A stretch of DNA of 64,000 nt. Source: Candidatus Bathyarchaeota archaeon. Lineage in GTDB: Archaea > Thermoproteota > Bathyarchaeia > Bathyarchaeales > Bathycorpusculaceae. The position numbers and the translations under genes were made by a program. The stretch lies in NCBI GenBank assembly GCA_963832745.1, contig CAWHVC010000004.1, positions 32,001-96,000 on the forward strand, written 5' to 3'. Shown here piece by piece: positions 10,557 through 21,058 of the stretch. The stretch's first letter is position 1. Each line of letters begins with the position of its first letter. Below the pieces are notes generated by a model that saw only the letters and a list, made by a program, of their open reading frames with translations, was not told the origin of the DNA and searched no databases.

Positions 10557-13500
10557 TACCGGGATAACTCTCCTTTGGTTGGTGTTTCAGGCGGAAACTT
10601 GGCAGTAACTACGTTACTGATGCCGTTGCGTTCGTAGACACCGTAGACTTTTTGGGCTTTGTTAACCATTTCAGGACGCAAACTAATAACAATAAATTGG
10701 GTCCGTCCAGCTTCCTCAAGCAGCAACTCGGCAAGCTTAGTTGTGTGGAAAGCATCCAAGTGAGCGTCAGCTTCGTCAAGGATATAGAAGGAGGCTGGCG
10801 AAAACTCTTTGAGACTAAAAATGAACGCGACTGCGGAACATGAACGTTCGCCACCACTAGCCCCACTGACAACAATAGCTGGCTTGTTAGGAAACTGAAC
10901 AATCATGTCAATGCCGCCCGTAAATGGGTCATCAGGATTTTCCAGTTTCAACGTTGCAGTTCCGCCGCCTGATAGCTTATCAAAGTAACCCTGAAGGCTC
11001 GTGTTGATTTTTTCAAAAGCGTTCATGAAGACCTTACGCTTCTTTGCATCAATCTCATCCATAAACGCTACAATAGCCTGTTTTTCCCGTTCCAACTCGT
11101 TTAAACGCACTGATAGTTCACGGTAACGCGAGATTTGGTCAGCATAATGACTGAGCGCAAGCTGATTAACAGCGCCGATACGTTCCAACTCAAACTGCAT
11201 CATTCGAATGGTTGTATCTGCATCTTGAACCTGCTTCTGGCTAATTTCAAGCACATGTTCAAAACCGTACTGTTTAAGCTGATTCTGCAAGGTCTGAAGA
11301 CGCAGGTTACTGGTTTGAATTGTCAGGGTTAACTGGTTAAGAAGCATGTCAGCCTGCTCATACTCAGCATCTAACAAGCGCAGTTCAGTATCGATAGCAT
11401 CAATTTGACTGGTAAACTTTTTGGATTCCTCACGAGCCGAAAACACCGCGTTAGACAATTCAACACGGCTTTTCTCTAAATCATCAAGCTCCTTCTTCAA
11501 GTTATCCCGTTGCTGGAGAGCTTCAGCAATTTCTTTTTCAAGCTTCTTATGCTGCTGATCAACTTTGGACAACTGGATTTTGACGTTCTGGTAACCTACA
11601 CGAAGCACGTTATCAAATTGTGACTGCCGAGTAGAAATTTCAGTCTGCAGCGTACCCAAATTTTGGCGCAAAGTGTTTGTTTCTTCGCCGACTCTTTCTC
11701 TTTGTACTTCAAGGTCCTGAATATGGCTAACATCAGTCTTTTGCCGAAACTCAGACAATTCAATATGATTCTTTTGCAGCGACTTTTTGATTGCGTTACG
11801 CTCTGACATGTACATGCTCATACGGCCCTTGTAGGCGGCGATTTCCCTCTCCAGCCTGCCACCATACTTTTCAGTATGCCGAACGTTAAGCTGTGTACGT
11901 TTAACGCTGCGTCTAATCCTAACAACTTCACGGTCCAATGTAATGATAAACTCGTTAAGCCGACTCATTTCAATCTTAGCATGCTCAATTTCCTCATCAA
12001 TCCCAGTTATGTCTGAACCTCTTTGCGTAAGATGCGTTTGAAGCGCCTTAACAGCTTCATCAAGACTTTTCAGCGCGTTTTCACTGGGAATAATTGTTGA
12101 AAAATCAATAGGTGCACGATAAAAACCGCTTTCAAAAGCACCCGATTCATACAAGTCACCACTAACTGTAACCGAACGGTAACCATTATTTGAAAGCGCA
12201 AAACCAGTTTTATCATTCGAAACAACTATGGTATCGCCAAAAACATAATCAACCGCAAAATCAAACTTTTTATCATACTTAATAAAGCCTGAAAGTTGCC
12301 CAACCACGCCTTCACGAATTGGCGCCGGCTTTGTTTTCCGCGAAATTGCACCTTGCAACGGTATAATTTTAATTCTACCAAGCTTCATACGACGCAAGGT
12401 TTCAGCACACATGAAAGCGGCTTCAACATCTTTAACCACCAACGCATCAAGCCAACCAGTAGCAGCTGCTTCTACAGCTTTCTTGTAGTTTTTATCAATC
12501 TTAATTAAACTACGTAGTCTGCCCTGAATACCACTTATTGCGCCAACATCACCCATTTCTTCAATGCTACGTAGAGCTTTTTCTTCCTGCGCAATGGTTG
12601 CAGCAAGATCTTTTTGGGTTGCAAACTCTATCACTGCATCTTTAGCAGAACGTGCAATCCGTTCAGCATCAGTAATTTCCTTTTGCACAAGCTCTTTTTG
12701 GCTGGTTTTGCGTTCAATTGTATTTTCAAGATTCTTTATCTGCGCTTTTTGGTCTCTTTGCACCTGCTCAAGTTCGCTAAGAGACTTTTCCAGCTCGGCT
12801 AAGTTAATAACAAACTTTTCTTTTCGCACAGTAAGGTTTTTGAGGCGTCCAGCGCAAGTTCGCATCGCAGATTTATCTTTAGTGTATTCCGAACGCAGAT
12901 ACGCGAGCCGTTTGGTGTGGCTTTCAATCTGCATTTCTATTCCGCGAGCTTTGTGATTGTTATCGCCAAGACCTTCCCAAAGCTGAGCAGTTTCTTTAGC
13001 CAAAGCCTCATGTATGGCTTCTTTTTCTTCGATTTGGGCTTTGACTTTTTCGTATTCAGATTTGTAAGCGCGGATTTTAAGGCGGTTATCTTTAATTTCG
13101 TTTTGGATTGAGTCATGATGGACCTGGTTGTTTTGGGAGACCCGTTTTAGGCTTTCAAGGCTGGCTTGACCGGAACTAATTTGAGTTGTTAACTCGGTTA
13201 AACGTGATTTTAATTCGCCAATGTTGATTTGGACTTTGAGAACTTGGCTGCCGCCTTCTTCAAGGGTTTCCCCGCTGAGTTTACGCCATTCGCCTTCTAT
13301 GTCATGACGTTTACCCCTGCGCAGTTCACGTTGCTCTTTAAGCTTGTCAACGCGCGCCTGTACTTTTTCAGTGTTAACTGCAGATTCCTGTAGTTTCGCA
13401 GTTAACTGGGCGATTTCATTAGAAATTTTTATTGCTTGAAACTTTTTAGTTTCCTCTTGAATAAAATTGTAACGTAATAATTGATTGCGTTCACGTTCAA

Positions 13501-14125
13501 GGTCGTCAAGGCGTTTTTGAACTTCATCAATTCTGCCCATGGCAGTGCGAATGCTGATGTCGGCGCTGCGCAGTTTTTCTTCTGCTTCAGCCTTTTCTGA
13601 GTCATATTGTCCTATACCGATAAGTTCTTCAATGATTTTTCGGCGGTCTAACGGGTTAATTTCTGTTAACCTGGTAATTTGGCCCTGTGGAATGATGTTT
13701 TGGCTCATGCTGCTGATTGCAGCCATGGAGAGGGTTTCAATAATGTGTGAACGGCTCATTCTTCTACCGTTGAGACGGTAAACGCTTTGGCCATTGCGGT
13801 AAACTTCTCGGGAAATGGTGACTGTTGAGGTGTCTACAGGCATTAAGCCGTCTGCGTTGTCAAATTGAACAACTACTTTGGCCATTTTGGATTTTTCTAA
13901 GCCGCCTTTTTCTGAACCATGAAAAATTAGTCGTGAAGCGTTGTCAGCTCTCATTCTTCTTGTAGATAATTCTCCAAGCGAGAATAGGAGGGCATCCATA
14001 ATGTTGGTTTTGCCGCTGCCGTTTGGGCCTGTGATTGCTGTGAAACCTTTGTCTAGGTTTACTTTTACTGTTTGTGGCCCGAAAGACTTGAAGCCTTTTA
14101 ATTCGATTCTTTTAATGTACGGCAA
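10556..14125 (-). CDS. smc: Chromosome segregation protein SMC
   Basis: GFKSF, Walker A GPNGSGKTN, long coiled coils, hinge, SGGE and LDEADAHLD. Confidence 0.96.
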   Translation of the reverse strand: MPYIKRIELKGFKSFGPQTVKVNLDKGFTAITGPNGSGKTNIMDALLFSLGELSTRRMRADNASRLIFHGSEKGGLEKSKMAKVVVQFDNADGLMPVDTSTVTISREVYRNGQSVYRLNGRRMSRSHIIETLSMAAISSMSQNIIPQGQITRLTEINPLDRRKIIEELIGIGQYDSEKAEAEEKLRSADISIRTAMGRIDEVQKRLDDLERERNQLLRYNFIQEETKKFQAIKISNEIAQLTAKLQESAVNTEKVQARVDKLKEQRELRRGKRHDIEGEWRKLSGETLEEGGSQVLKVQINIGELKSRLTELTTQISSGQASLESLKRVSQNNQVHHDSIQNEIKDNRLKIRAYKSEYEKVKAQIEEKEAIHEALAKETAQLWEGLGDNNHKARGIEMQIESHTKRLAYLRSEYTKDKSAMRTCAGRLKNLTVRKEKFVINLAELEKSLSELEQVQRDQKAQIKNLENTIERKTSQKELVQKEITDAERIARSAKDAVIEFATQKDLAATIAQEEKALRSIEEMGDVGAISGIQGRLRSLIKIDKNYKKAVEAAATGWLDALVVKDVEAAFMCAETLRRMKLGRIKIIPLQGAISRKTKPAPIREGVVGQLSGFIKYDKKFDFAVDYVFGDTIVVSNDKTGFALSNNGYRSVTVSGDLYESGAFESGFYRAPIDFSTIIPSENALKSLDEAVKALQTHLTQRGSDITGIDEEIEHAKIEMSRLNEFIITLDREVVRIRRSVKRTQLNVRHTEKYGGRLEREIAAYKGRMSMYMSERNAIKKSLQKNHIELSEFRQKTDVSHIQDLEVQRERVGEETNTLRQNLGTLQTEISTRQSQFDNVLRVGYQNVKIQLSKVDQQHKKLEKEIAEALQQRDNLKKELDDLEKSRVELSNAVFSAREESKKFTSQIDAIDTELRLLDAEYEQADMLLNQLTLTIQTSNLRLQTLQNQLKQYGFEHVLEISQKQVQDADTTIRMMQFELERIGAVNQLALSHYADQISRYRELSVRLNELEREKQAIVAFMDEIDAKKRKVFMNAFEKINTSLQGYFDKLSGGGTATLKLENPDDPFTGGIDMIVQFPNKPAIVVSGASGGERSCSAVAFIFSLKEFSPASFYILDEADAHLDAFHTTKLAELLLEEAGRTQFIVISLRPEMVNKAQKVYGVYERNGISNVVTAKFPPETPTKGELSR

Positions 14126-14494
14126 TTCAGTCCTTTATCCTCACTTGGCAACGCTTTTTAAGTTAACATGTCATCATCGTACGTATAAAAGCTTATACCA
14201 ACCGCTCCTATTTTACATTTTTAAATAACAAACAGCTTAACACTAAAATTTGTCAACAGTAAAAGCCTTTTCTGAAATAAAATTGCCCAATTTTTGATTA
14301 TTTGAGTGAAATTACACGCAGATTTAGCATTAAATATTAAACTTGAAAATCGAGGGTGCCAATAAAAAAGGGTGAGAAAAATTAGTTTAAAGTTTTCCAG
14401 TTATTGCCTGAAAGTTTCGATTAAAAAAATTAAACGCCTAAATACTTGAGTAGAGTAAGCAAATCTTACAAACGGAACCAAAGGTGAAACAGGT

Positions 14495-14710
14495 TTGAGT
14501 TTTGGTAATTCATTAAAAAGTCTTGGCACCGTTCAAGAAGCCCTTGTTTTAGGCTTAATGATTGTTTCAATGTTTGCACTTTTCTATTTTGACTTTGACA
14601 TAACATTGAAAATTGGAATTGCAGTTTTAGCCTTCACAATTATTTTGTTGGCAAGCATTGCAAGTCAGTTGCTTAACATTCAAAAAGAAGCAGCTAAAGC
14701 GCGACAATAA
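14495..14710 (+). CDS. Small 2-TM membrane protein
   Basis: Two hydrophobic helices; GGTGA/AGGT SD-like sequence upstream of the TTG. Confidence 0.6.
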   Translation: MSFGNSLKSLGTVQEALVLGLMIVSMFALFYFDFDITLKIGIAVLAFTIILLASIASQLLNIQKEAAKARQ

Positions 14711-14746
14711 CTTTCGCCTGATTTTGCTCGCTTTTGAACCATTAGG

Positions 14747-14797
14747 TACCAACTTTAGGTTCTGCATTAGTTTTTGATCGAAATTAAATAGTAGGTT
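14747..14797 (+). repeat. Degenerate copy of the dispersed element
   Basis: TACCAACTTTAGGTTCTGCATTAG...AAATAGTAGGTT aligns by eye with the consensus. Confidence 0.45.
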
Positions 14798-14814
14798 TAA
14801 TTACGCTTGGAATC

Positions 14815-15150
14815 CTATTGAACGTTGATGTTATGAATTTTCTTAAGTAGCGCCTTGCACTCTTCCATGCCTTTCTCAGTTATTTCAACCACTTGGTGAC
14901 TGCCACCCCAAGACCTAACCGAACGTACCCTTACAAGCTCTGAAGATTTCAACTTGGACAAATGATTCTCCAAACTGCCCTTTCCCAAACCAACAAAAGA
15001 ACGCAAATCCGACGCACTCAACTTCTTATTCATTGCAAGCAGTATCAAAATAAGTATTCGAGTTGACGATTTGAAGCTAGGTTCGCTTAGCTGTTCATTT
15101 AACGATTTTATTGCTTCAGCATCGGAGGTCTTCTCAGTGTCTGTTACCAC
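14815..15150 (-). CDS. Winged-HTH transcriptional regulator (ArsR/MarR-like)
   Basis: RILIL..L, GLGKGSLENHLSKL, VEITEKG. Confidence 0.85.
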   Translation of the reverse strand: MVTDTEKTSDAEAIKSLNEQLSEPSFKSSTRILILILLAMNKKLSASDLRSFVGLGKGSLENHLSKLKSSELVRVRSVRSWGGSHQVVEITEKGMEECKALLKKIHNINVQ

Positions 15151-15821
15151 TAAACTTGGTCCTCCGGTGAGTTAGGCAGTTTCTGCCTGTAAGCGTGCAG
15201 TGAAGCGGAAAGAAAGACGGCGGCCATTATTGTCAAAATGGTCAGATAAAATATCATGTGAGCGTGTAGCAGGAAGAGGGTGAGGATGCCGATTGTGCAT
15301 AACGCGTATGTTATCAGTACAGCTATGCCTTCTCGTGGTATCTGTTCGGGGAACGAAACTTTAAGGGCAAACAGAAAAGGCAACGTCGAGGTGGCTAAAA
15401 TTCCATAGAGAACTGCCCCCGCAAGTGGGCGTAGAAAAATAATCGCCAAAATAATGGGCACATAATAGGCCAACCATACAACGGCTACTCTCGAGGGTCT
15501 AAGCATTTTTGTCCATATGGAGTCCACGATTTCTCTACGCACTTTCATGACGTTATACGCTTTTTTAAGAATCCAAGTTGCGAAGGCAATTCCAATCATG
15601 CTAATTGTAGTGTTAACTAAAATTCGAGTCTCAAGACCATAGACGGCTGAGAAGCCCACGCTTTCTAAAAGTAATGGCAGAAAAGTGATAAGTGCAATTT
15701 GAACAGCGACTATGCCAAAGCAGTATCCCCATGCCCTTCGCAGTATGTAATGTTCTATAGTGAAGGCTCTTTCTGCAATTTGCCTAACCTGATTTGGCGA
15801 AACCGGTCTTTCTTCAGCCAA
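15150..15821 (-). CDS. Membrane protein (~6 TM)
   Basis: Multiple hydrophobic segments; translationally coupled to the wHTH gene. Confidence 0.75.
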   Translation of the reverse strand: MAEERPVSPNQVRQIAERAFTIEHYILRRAWGYCFGIVAVQIALITFLPLLLESVGFSAVYGLETRILVNTTISMIGIAFATWILKKAYNVMKVRREIVDSIWTKMLRPSRVAVVWLAYYVPIILAIIFLRPLAGAVLYGILATSTLPFLFALKVSFPEQIPREGIAVLITYALCTIGILTLFLLHAHMIFYLTILTIMAAVFLSASLHAYRQKLPNSPEDQV

Positions 15822-15881
15822 TAATTTTTCTCCTTAAACCTATTTTTGATGGTAGCGGCTCTTTTGACTTTTATTGTTGCT

Positions 15882-15896
15882 GTACAAAAATTGTAC
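15882..15896. promoter_or_regulatory. GTACAA-N3-TTGTAC perfect inverted repeat in a divergent promoter
   Basis: GTACAAAAATTGTAC, just upstream of TTTATAAA (~15910). Confidence 0.5.
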
Positions 15897-15970
15897 CTAT
15901 AAAACATTATTTATAAAACAATGAATTATACTAGCGGAAATACGGATTTATTTAGTTAAAAGGTAATCGC

Positions 15971-16888
15971 ATGATAGATATGGTTGGTCTTACTAAAAAA
16001 TTCGGTGACCTAACAGCCGTAGACAACCTCACCCTACACGTTGATGACGGAGAAATCTTCGGCTTCTTAGGACCAAACGGAGCAGGCAAAACCACCACGG
16101 TTCGCATGCTCTGCTGCCTCATCTCCAAAACCAGTGGGTCTGCTAAAGTCGGCGGCTACGACATCTCTAACAAAAAGGATTCACTAAAAATACGAAAAAG
16201 CATAGGGTTCGTCTCCGATAACGTTGGATTATCTGAAAATCTGACAGCCTACGACAACCTAGACTTTTTTGCAAAAATGTACGATTGCCCAGAACCCCAA
16301 AGGAAAGAGAACATCCAGCGTTTTCTTGAGATGTTGGGGCTTTGGGAGAAGAGGAATGTTTTGGCAGGAACTTTTTCTAAGGGCATGAAACAAAAACTTG
16401 CTATAGCTCGAGCCTTAATTCATGAACCGCAAGTCATTTTTATGGATGAACCTACCGCGAACTTGGATCCTGAGGCTTCTAAAACTGTGCGAGATTTCAT
16501 TCTTCAATTGAAAAAAGAGAAGAAAACAATTTTTCTGAACACCCACAACCTTGACGAGGCACAGAGAATCTGTGACAAGGTAGCAATAATGAATACGAAT
16601 CTAAGGGCAATTGGTACTCCACAGGAACTTGAAAGGTCTGTTAGCGGCAGGAAGACAGTTATCGGTTTGGAACAGCAAGTCAACGATGCAGTTTTGAGAG
16701 CACTGAAAAATCTGGTGCTCAGGGACCTGTCCAGTGAAGGCAACACGATAACCTTCAGTGTAGACGACGCTGACAAGGAAAACTCGCCTGTTGTAGAGGC
16801 TATAGTGCATGCGGGCGGTCATATTAAATCAATCAATACGGTGGGCTCAACTTTGGAAGATACCTATCTAAAACTTGTGAGGAAGTAA
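15971..16888 (+). CDS. ABC-2 exporter ATP-binding protein
   Basis: GPNGAGKTT, FSKGMKQK, DEPT. Confidence 0.92.
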   Translation: MIDMVGLTKKFGDLTAVDNLTLHVDDGEIFGFLGPNGAGKTTTVRMLCCLISKTSGSAKVGGYDISNKKDSLKIRKSIGFVSDNVGLSENLTAYDNLDFFAKMYDCPEPQRKENIQRFLEMLGLWEKRNVLAGTFSKGMKQKLAIARALIHEPQVIFMDEPTANLDPEASKTVRDFILQLKKEKKTIFLNTHNLDEAQRICDKVAIMNTNLRAIGTPQELERSVSGRKTVIGLEQQVNDAVLRALKNLVLRDLSSEGNTITFSVDDADKENSPVVEAIVHAGGHIKSINTVGSTLEDTYLKLVRK

Positions 16889-16891
16889 AAT

Positions 16892-17635
16892 ATGCGACTC
16901 TCAAAGGCTTGGATTATAGCTGCTAGGGATTTCAAAATATTTAGAAGAGTAAAAAACGTCTGGTACTCAATCATTATCTTCCCAGTTGTTATCTCGGTCT
17001 TGTTTCCGGTGATACTTGAATATTTATCAATAAGGGGTAACCCTGGACTCTCAGCGCCAAGTGTGCTTCCAAATTTACTTACTTCTTTTTCTTTCTTTTT
17101 AGTTATAGGCGCAGCGTATGTTCCATTGGGGATTGCCTCCTATAGTATAGTGGGAGAGAAAGTGGAGAAGAGTCTGGAACCGCTCCTAGCCACGCCCATT
17201 ACTGATGGAGAAATATTGCTTGGAAAAGCCATTTCCGCAGTTATTCCAACTTTGATAGCAATGTATGCTGCTGCAGCAGTCTTTATGGTGGGCATTGATG
17301 AGGTTACTTTCGGTACGCTTGGGTACTATTATTTTCCAAACTGGAATATTGCCACTTTGCTTTTGGTTCTGATGCCGGCCGCCATTGTTATGAGTGTTCT
17401 GTTCAGCGTTATTGTTTCATCAAGAGTCAATGATGTACGCAGCGCTAACAGTTTTGGAGTGTTTATTCTCTTTCCCCTCCTTGGCTTATACCTTCTCAGT
17501 GAAACAAGCATAATTACCCTTGATGTAAACACCCTGCTCATAATCTCAGGGGTCCTCTTAGCGGTTGATGTGGCGCTGTTCCTTGTGAGCACAAAAACTT
17601 TTCGAAGGGAGGAAATACTGACAAAATGGAAGTAA
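16892..17635 (+). CDS. ABC-2 exporter permease
   Basis: GEKVEKSLEPLLATP..EILLGK; about 6 TM. Confidence 0.9.
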   Translation: MRLSKAWIIAARDFKIFRRVKNVWYSIIIFPVVISVLFPVILEYLSIRGNPGLSAPSVLPNLLTSFSFFLVIGAAYVPLGIASYSIVGEKVEKSLEPLLATPITDGEILLGKAISAVIPTLIAMYAAAAVFMVGIDEVTFGTLGYYYFPNWNIATLLLVLMPAAIVMSVLFSVIVSSRVNDVRSANSFGVFILFPLLGLYLLSETSIITLDVNTLLIISGVLLAVDVALFLVSTKTFRREEILTKWK

Positions 17636-17691
17636 ATCCTCTTTACCAGTTGCAAGAAGTTAAAACCAAAATTAATAAGAGGCGATCATAA

Positions 17692-17943
17692 ATGGGAAAA
17701 GCAAAGTTCGAAATCGGAGAAAAAGAAAAACACACTATCACCGTTAATGCAAGCGCACTTTTAAAACTCATCAAGATAGAAGTAGATGGTAAAAAAGTCG
17801 TTAATGAATCTCACTTTACACCTACGGCAAAGAAGTTCCAGTTAGAAGTAGGAGACACCGAAAAGCATCAAGTGGAAATTGAAGCTGGACCCTTCTCCTC
17901 GCCCACTCTAACCGTAGATGGCAAGTCTGTTCAAAAAACCTAA
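17692..17943 (+). CDS. Small beta-rich hypothetical protein
   Basis: Internal duplication (EIGEKEKHTI..VDGK / EVGDTEKHQV..VDGK); GAGG SD. Confidence 0.7.
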   Translation: MGKAKFEIGEKEKHTITVNASALLKLIKIEVDGKKVVNESHFTPTAKKFQLEVGDTEKHQVEIEAGPFSSPTLTVDGKSVQKT

Positions 17944-18059
17944 AAAAGCATCATTATCACAAAAGAATGGAATTTAGCCAACTAACTAAAAATTTTTTCC
18001 TGTTTTAATATAAAAAAGGGAACGCAAACCGCGATAAAATTGAAGAGACTAAGAGAGAG

Positions 18060-18272
18060 GTGAAAAAAATGGTAGACATGAAAGATTACTATCAAACGAA
18101 CAAAGGAAGACTCCTTGGAATTGGGGGAATATTGATTCTTGTGGGTCTTGTCCTATATTTTGCTAGAGGCCAAGAAGCGGTGCTGATATTACCCATCATT
18201 GGGGCTGTTTTGTTCATTGCCGGTGTTATTTATAAGCCGCGCAAGAAGAAAGAAAACGTTACCAGCCAATAA
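18060..18272 (+). CDS. Small 2-TM membrane protein
   Basis: Two TMs plus a basic tail; true start may be ATG at 18069. Confidence 0.65.
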   Translation: MKKMVDMKDYYQTNKGRLLGIGGILILVGLVLYFARGQEAVLILPIIGAVLFIAGVIYKPRKKKENVTSQ

Positions 18273-18399
18273 CCTCTGTTTTTCTTTGAATCTTTTGGCT
18301 CTTTTTTGCCTTATGTTCAAGTAAGCAAAACCTTAAAGCAGAAAACAACTTTTAGTTCAATAGTTCATTTTCGGTTTTTCTTTCGCAAGGCGATTTTTA

Positions 18400-19149
18400 T
18401 TGGTTGAAATGAAGATTGTTTTGATTACAGGCGTCTTATGCATCATTGTAGGTTTAGGCATTATCATCGGTGGAGGCATCGCTATTCCTTACATAAACTC
18501 TTCAATTGACAACCTTCAAACAACCACATCAAACTATTTGTCTCAAGCAGATAATGCCCTTTCAAGCGCCATAAACGCCATAAACTCCACCCAAGTCACG
18601 TTAGTTTACTTAACTTCAGCAACAAACATCAGTTTGCCCCAACTTAACAGTAGCAGCCAATTGACAAGCAACATCGCAAACAACCTGACAGCGATTGGTT
18701 CAACTGTTTCAGCAGTTGGACAAACGTTAGCTGGAATCTCCGTTGGCGGAGTTAGCCCTTTTACTTCAGTCGGTGACATAATATCTTCGATTGATGGTCC
18801 CATACAAACGGCGGCAAGCACGCTTCAAAACGTTTCAGAAAGCATAGGCTCCATTCAGCAGCAAACCTCAGATTTACCTAACAGAATAGAAACAATAACC
18901 ATCCAGCTAGATAATGTGCGGTCTTCTTTGACGTCTTTAAGGTCCAGTGTTAATCAGTTGCAGGATTCATTGTCAAACTATTTTGACCAAGCAAGATTAG
19001 TTGCTCTACTGGCGGTTGCTGGCCTCATGGGGTTGGGCGCCATTTTCCTGTTGATTGGCCTTTCCTTACTTTCCTTGCGGCACAGGGCCATTGAGCATGA
19101 AAGCGCCATTTTCAGAATCTTTGCCAAAAACCCATCCCTGAACTCCTAA
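18400..19149 (+). CDS. Membrane protein with extracellular helical/coiled-coil region
   Basis: N- and C-terminal TMs flank a heptad-rich S/T/N/Q region. Confidence 0.75.
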   Translation: MVEMKIVLITGVLCIIVGLGIIIGGGIAIPYINSSIDNLQTTTSNYLSQADNALSSAINAINSTQVTLVYLTSATNISLPQLNSSSQLTSNIANNLTAIGSTVSAVGQTLAGISVGGVSPFTSVGDIISSIDGPIQTAASTLQNVSESIGSIQQQTSDLPNRIETITIQLDNVRSSLTSLRSSVNQLQDSLSNYFDQARLVALLAVAGLMGLGAIFLLIGLSLLSLRHRAIEHESAIFRIFAKNPSLNS

Positions 19150-19172
19150 CTCAACTTTCGAGGCCGGTTTTG

Positions 19173-19226
19173 ACCTACCCTCTATAGGTTTCTGCATATA
19201 GTTTCTAATAGGGTCCAAATAGACTG
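19173..19226 (+). repeat. Dispersed intergenic element copy
   Basis: ACCTACCCTCTATAGGTTTCTGCATATAGTTTCTAATAGGGTCCAAATAGACTG. Confidence 0.8.
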
Positions 19227-19234
19227 ATACTAAC

Positions 19235-20515
19235 CTACTCACTTGGGGGTTCTGTTGCGGTTAGAGGTGGTTTAGGCGTTTGCTGTGGAGTTGGAGGTTT
19301 TTCTTTTTGTGGGGTTTTGTCGTAGGAGCGTTTTAGCATTATTGGGGTTATGATTGTCGTGATTATTATCATGCCGATGATTGCTGAGTAAACACTTTGG
19401 GTAATTACGCCTGAGGATATGGCTACGCCTGCGATGATTAAGCCGACTTCTCCGCGTGAAATCATGCCAATGCCAACTTTGTAGGCTTTGCTTTTGTCTT
19501 TTAGGAAGAAGACGGCTGGAAGACCGCACCCAATCAATTTGCTTGCAATGGCAATTACAACTAAGGCTATAAAGAAGCCATAGAAGAACCAGTCAGTGGT
19601 TATGAAGCTTTGAATGTTAAAGGCGGCGCCTGCAAGTGCGAAGAAAACCGGCGAGAAAATTGTGCTAATCTTTTTGGCGTATTCACGGATTTTTTCGATG
19701 GAGTTGGAGCTTGCAACTGCCATGCCGGCTGCGAATGCGCCTACAATTGGTGAAAGGCCGAGGTAAGCAGCTAATGCGGCGGCTCCAAAGCAAGATGCTG
19801 TTGCGGCTGCTTCAACGGTTTCATCTGAGCGTCCTCTAGCTGTGAAGTTGATTAGTCTTGGAAGGATGAATGAAGCTGAAACAACTAGGACAAGCCATAC
19901 TGCAAGTGAAGCAAAGATTATGCCGAATACGTTTAGGGGGTTTATGGCGGTTGCTGGGCTTGAAATAAACGATACAATGACACCCAAGATTGCAAGGCCA
20001 AGTACGTCGTCTACTACGGCGGCGCTGACCATTGTTTTGGATTCGATTGTGCGTGACTTGTTTAGTTCTTGAAGTACCAGCGAAGTGATTGAGATGCTTG
20101 TCGCAACTAAGGCGGCAGCTATTACCAAACATGCGCCAGTGTCAAAGCCTAAAAGTGCTGAGAACCCGTAGCCCATTACAAATGGAATAACTACACCAAG
20201 GGTGCCTATGGTGAAGCCTGATGCGCCCACATGCCGGAAGTCGGTGAAGGTCATTTCTAGTCCCGCAACGAAAAGGATGAGTATGCCGCCTATTTCGCCG
20301 AAGGCTTGCACTATTTCGTTTATTTCGATTAGGGGTGTGCCGCCTATGCTGATTATTGAGCCTAAGGCGAATGGTCCAAGGATGATGCCTGCGAATAGTT
20401 CGCCTAGTACGGCTGGGATTTTGATTTTTGTGAATAGTTCGCCGAGTACTTTTGCTGAGAAGACGAGTATGCATATTGTGACGATTGCTCTTAGGACTAG
20501 GTCTACTTCGGCCAT
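19235..20515 (-). CDS. Cation:proton antiporter, CPA2 (NapA/KefB-like)
   Basis: GELFAGIILGP, LF.AGLE, ATSISIT, AAVVDD, GMISRGEV. Confidence 0.92.
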   Translation of the reverse strand: MAEVDLVLRAIVTICILVFSAKVLGELFTKIKIPAVLGELFAGIILGPFALGSIISIGGTPLIEINEIVQAFGEIGGILILFVAGLEMTFTDFRHVGASGFTIGTLGVVIPFVMGYGFSALLGFDTGACLVIAAALVATSISITSLVLQELNKSRTIESKTMVSAAVVDDVLGLAILGVIVSFISSPATAINPLNVFGIIFASLAVWLVLVVSASFILPRLINFTARGRSDETVEAAATASCFGAAALAAYLGLSPIVGAFAAGMAVASSNSIEKIREYAKKISTIFSPVFFALAGAAFNIQSFITTDWFFYGFFIALVVIAIASKLIGCGLPAVFFLKDKSKAYKVGIGMISRGEVGLIIAGVAISSGVITQSVYSAIIGMIIITTIITPIMLKRSYDKTPQKEKPPTPQQTPKPPLTATEPPSE

Positions 20516-20645
20516 TGGTTGTGTTCTCCTTTTGCTTTTTTGGGCTTAAAAATTGTTATCGCATTATAGATATAAATATTGCTAATTGCCTATACAATTC
20601 TGCACCTTAACAAACCAACAAACAAAAAAGCCAAAAAAAGAAAAA

Positions 20646-20948
20646 TCAGGGCTCTTTAATATTCAACGTAACATTATCCACGCGGGCAGAACAAATCTTC
20701 CTAATGCCCCGCTTGCCCCGAGCATACTCTACGTCAAGCAGTTTCAAACCCTCAAGAAGCTTAACCTGCTCACTAATGTAGGCTTGACTTAATCCCAGCC
20801 TTTTACCGATAGTTGAAACATCTAGCGGTTCCTTTGAAAGAAGCTGAAGCATCCTCATTGTAGTTGCAGTTAAAGCGTCTGCAACTTTAACGGCTTCCTC
20901 ACCTGAAATGATGAGGTCTCTTTTGGTAGAGTTTTCTTCTGAAAGCAT
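20646..20948 (-). CDS. ArsR-like HTH regulator
   Basis: ADAL...RMLQLL..EPLDVSTI..LGLSQAYISEQVKLLE. Confidence 0.82.
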   Translation of the reverse strand: MLSEENSTKRDLIISGEEAVKVADALTATTMRMLQLLSKEPLDVSTIGKRLGLSQAYISEQVKLLEGLKLLDVEYARGKRGIRKICSARVDNVTLNIKEP

Positions 20949-21058
20949 ATACTTCAGTATCCAGTTATACTAATATCTAATCAACAATACTAAATAGATT
21001 TTACTGATATATTTCTTTAAGTTACAAAAAGAAGCAAACAGACGCAGACTGACCCTAC

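Noticed and set aside
10609-14228. Many 60-130 aa ORFs overlapping smc (similar shadows occur over the antiporter, PMT and ABC genes)
   Set aside because: Antisense or out-of-frame shadows of well-supported genes, with no motifs of their own.
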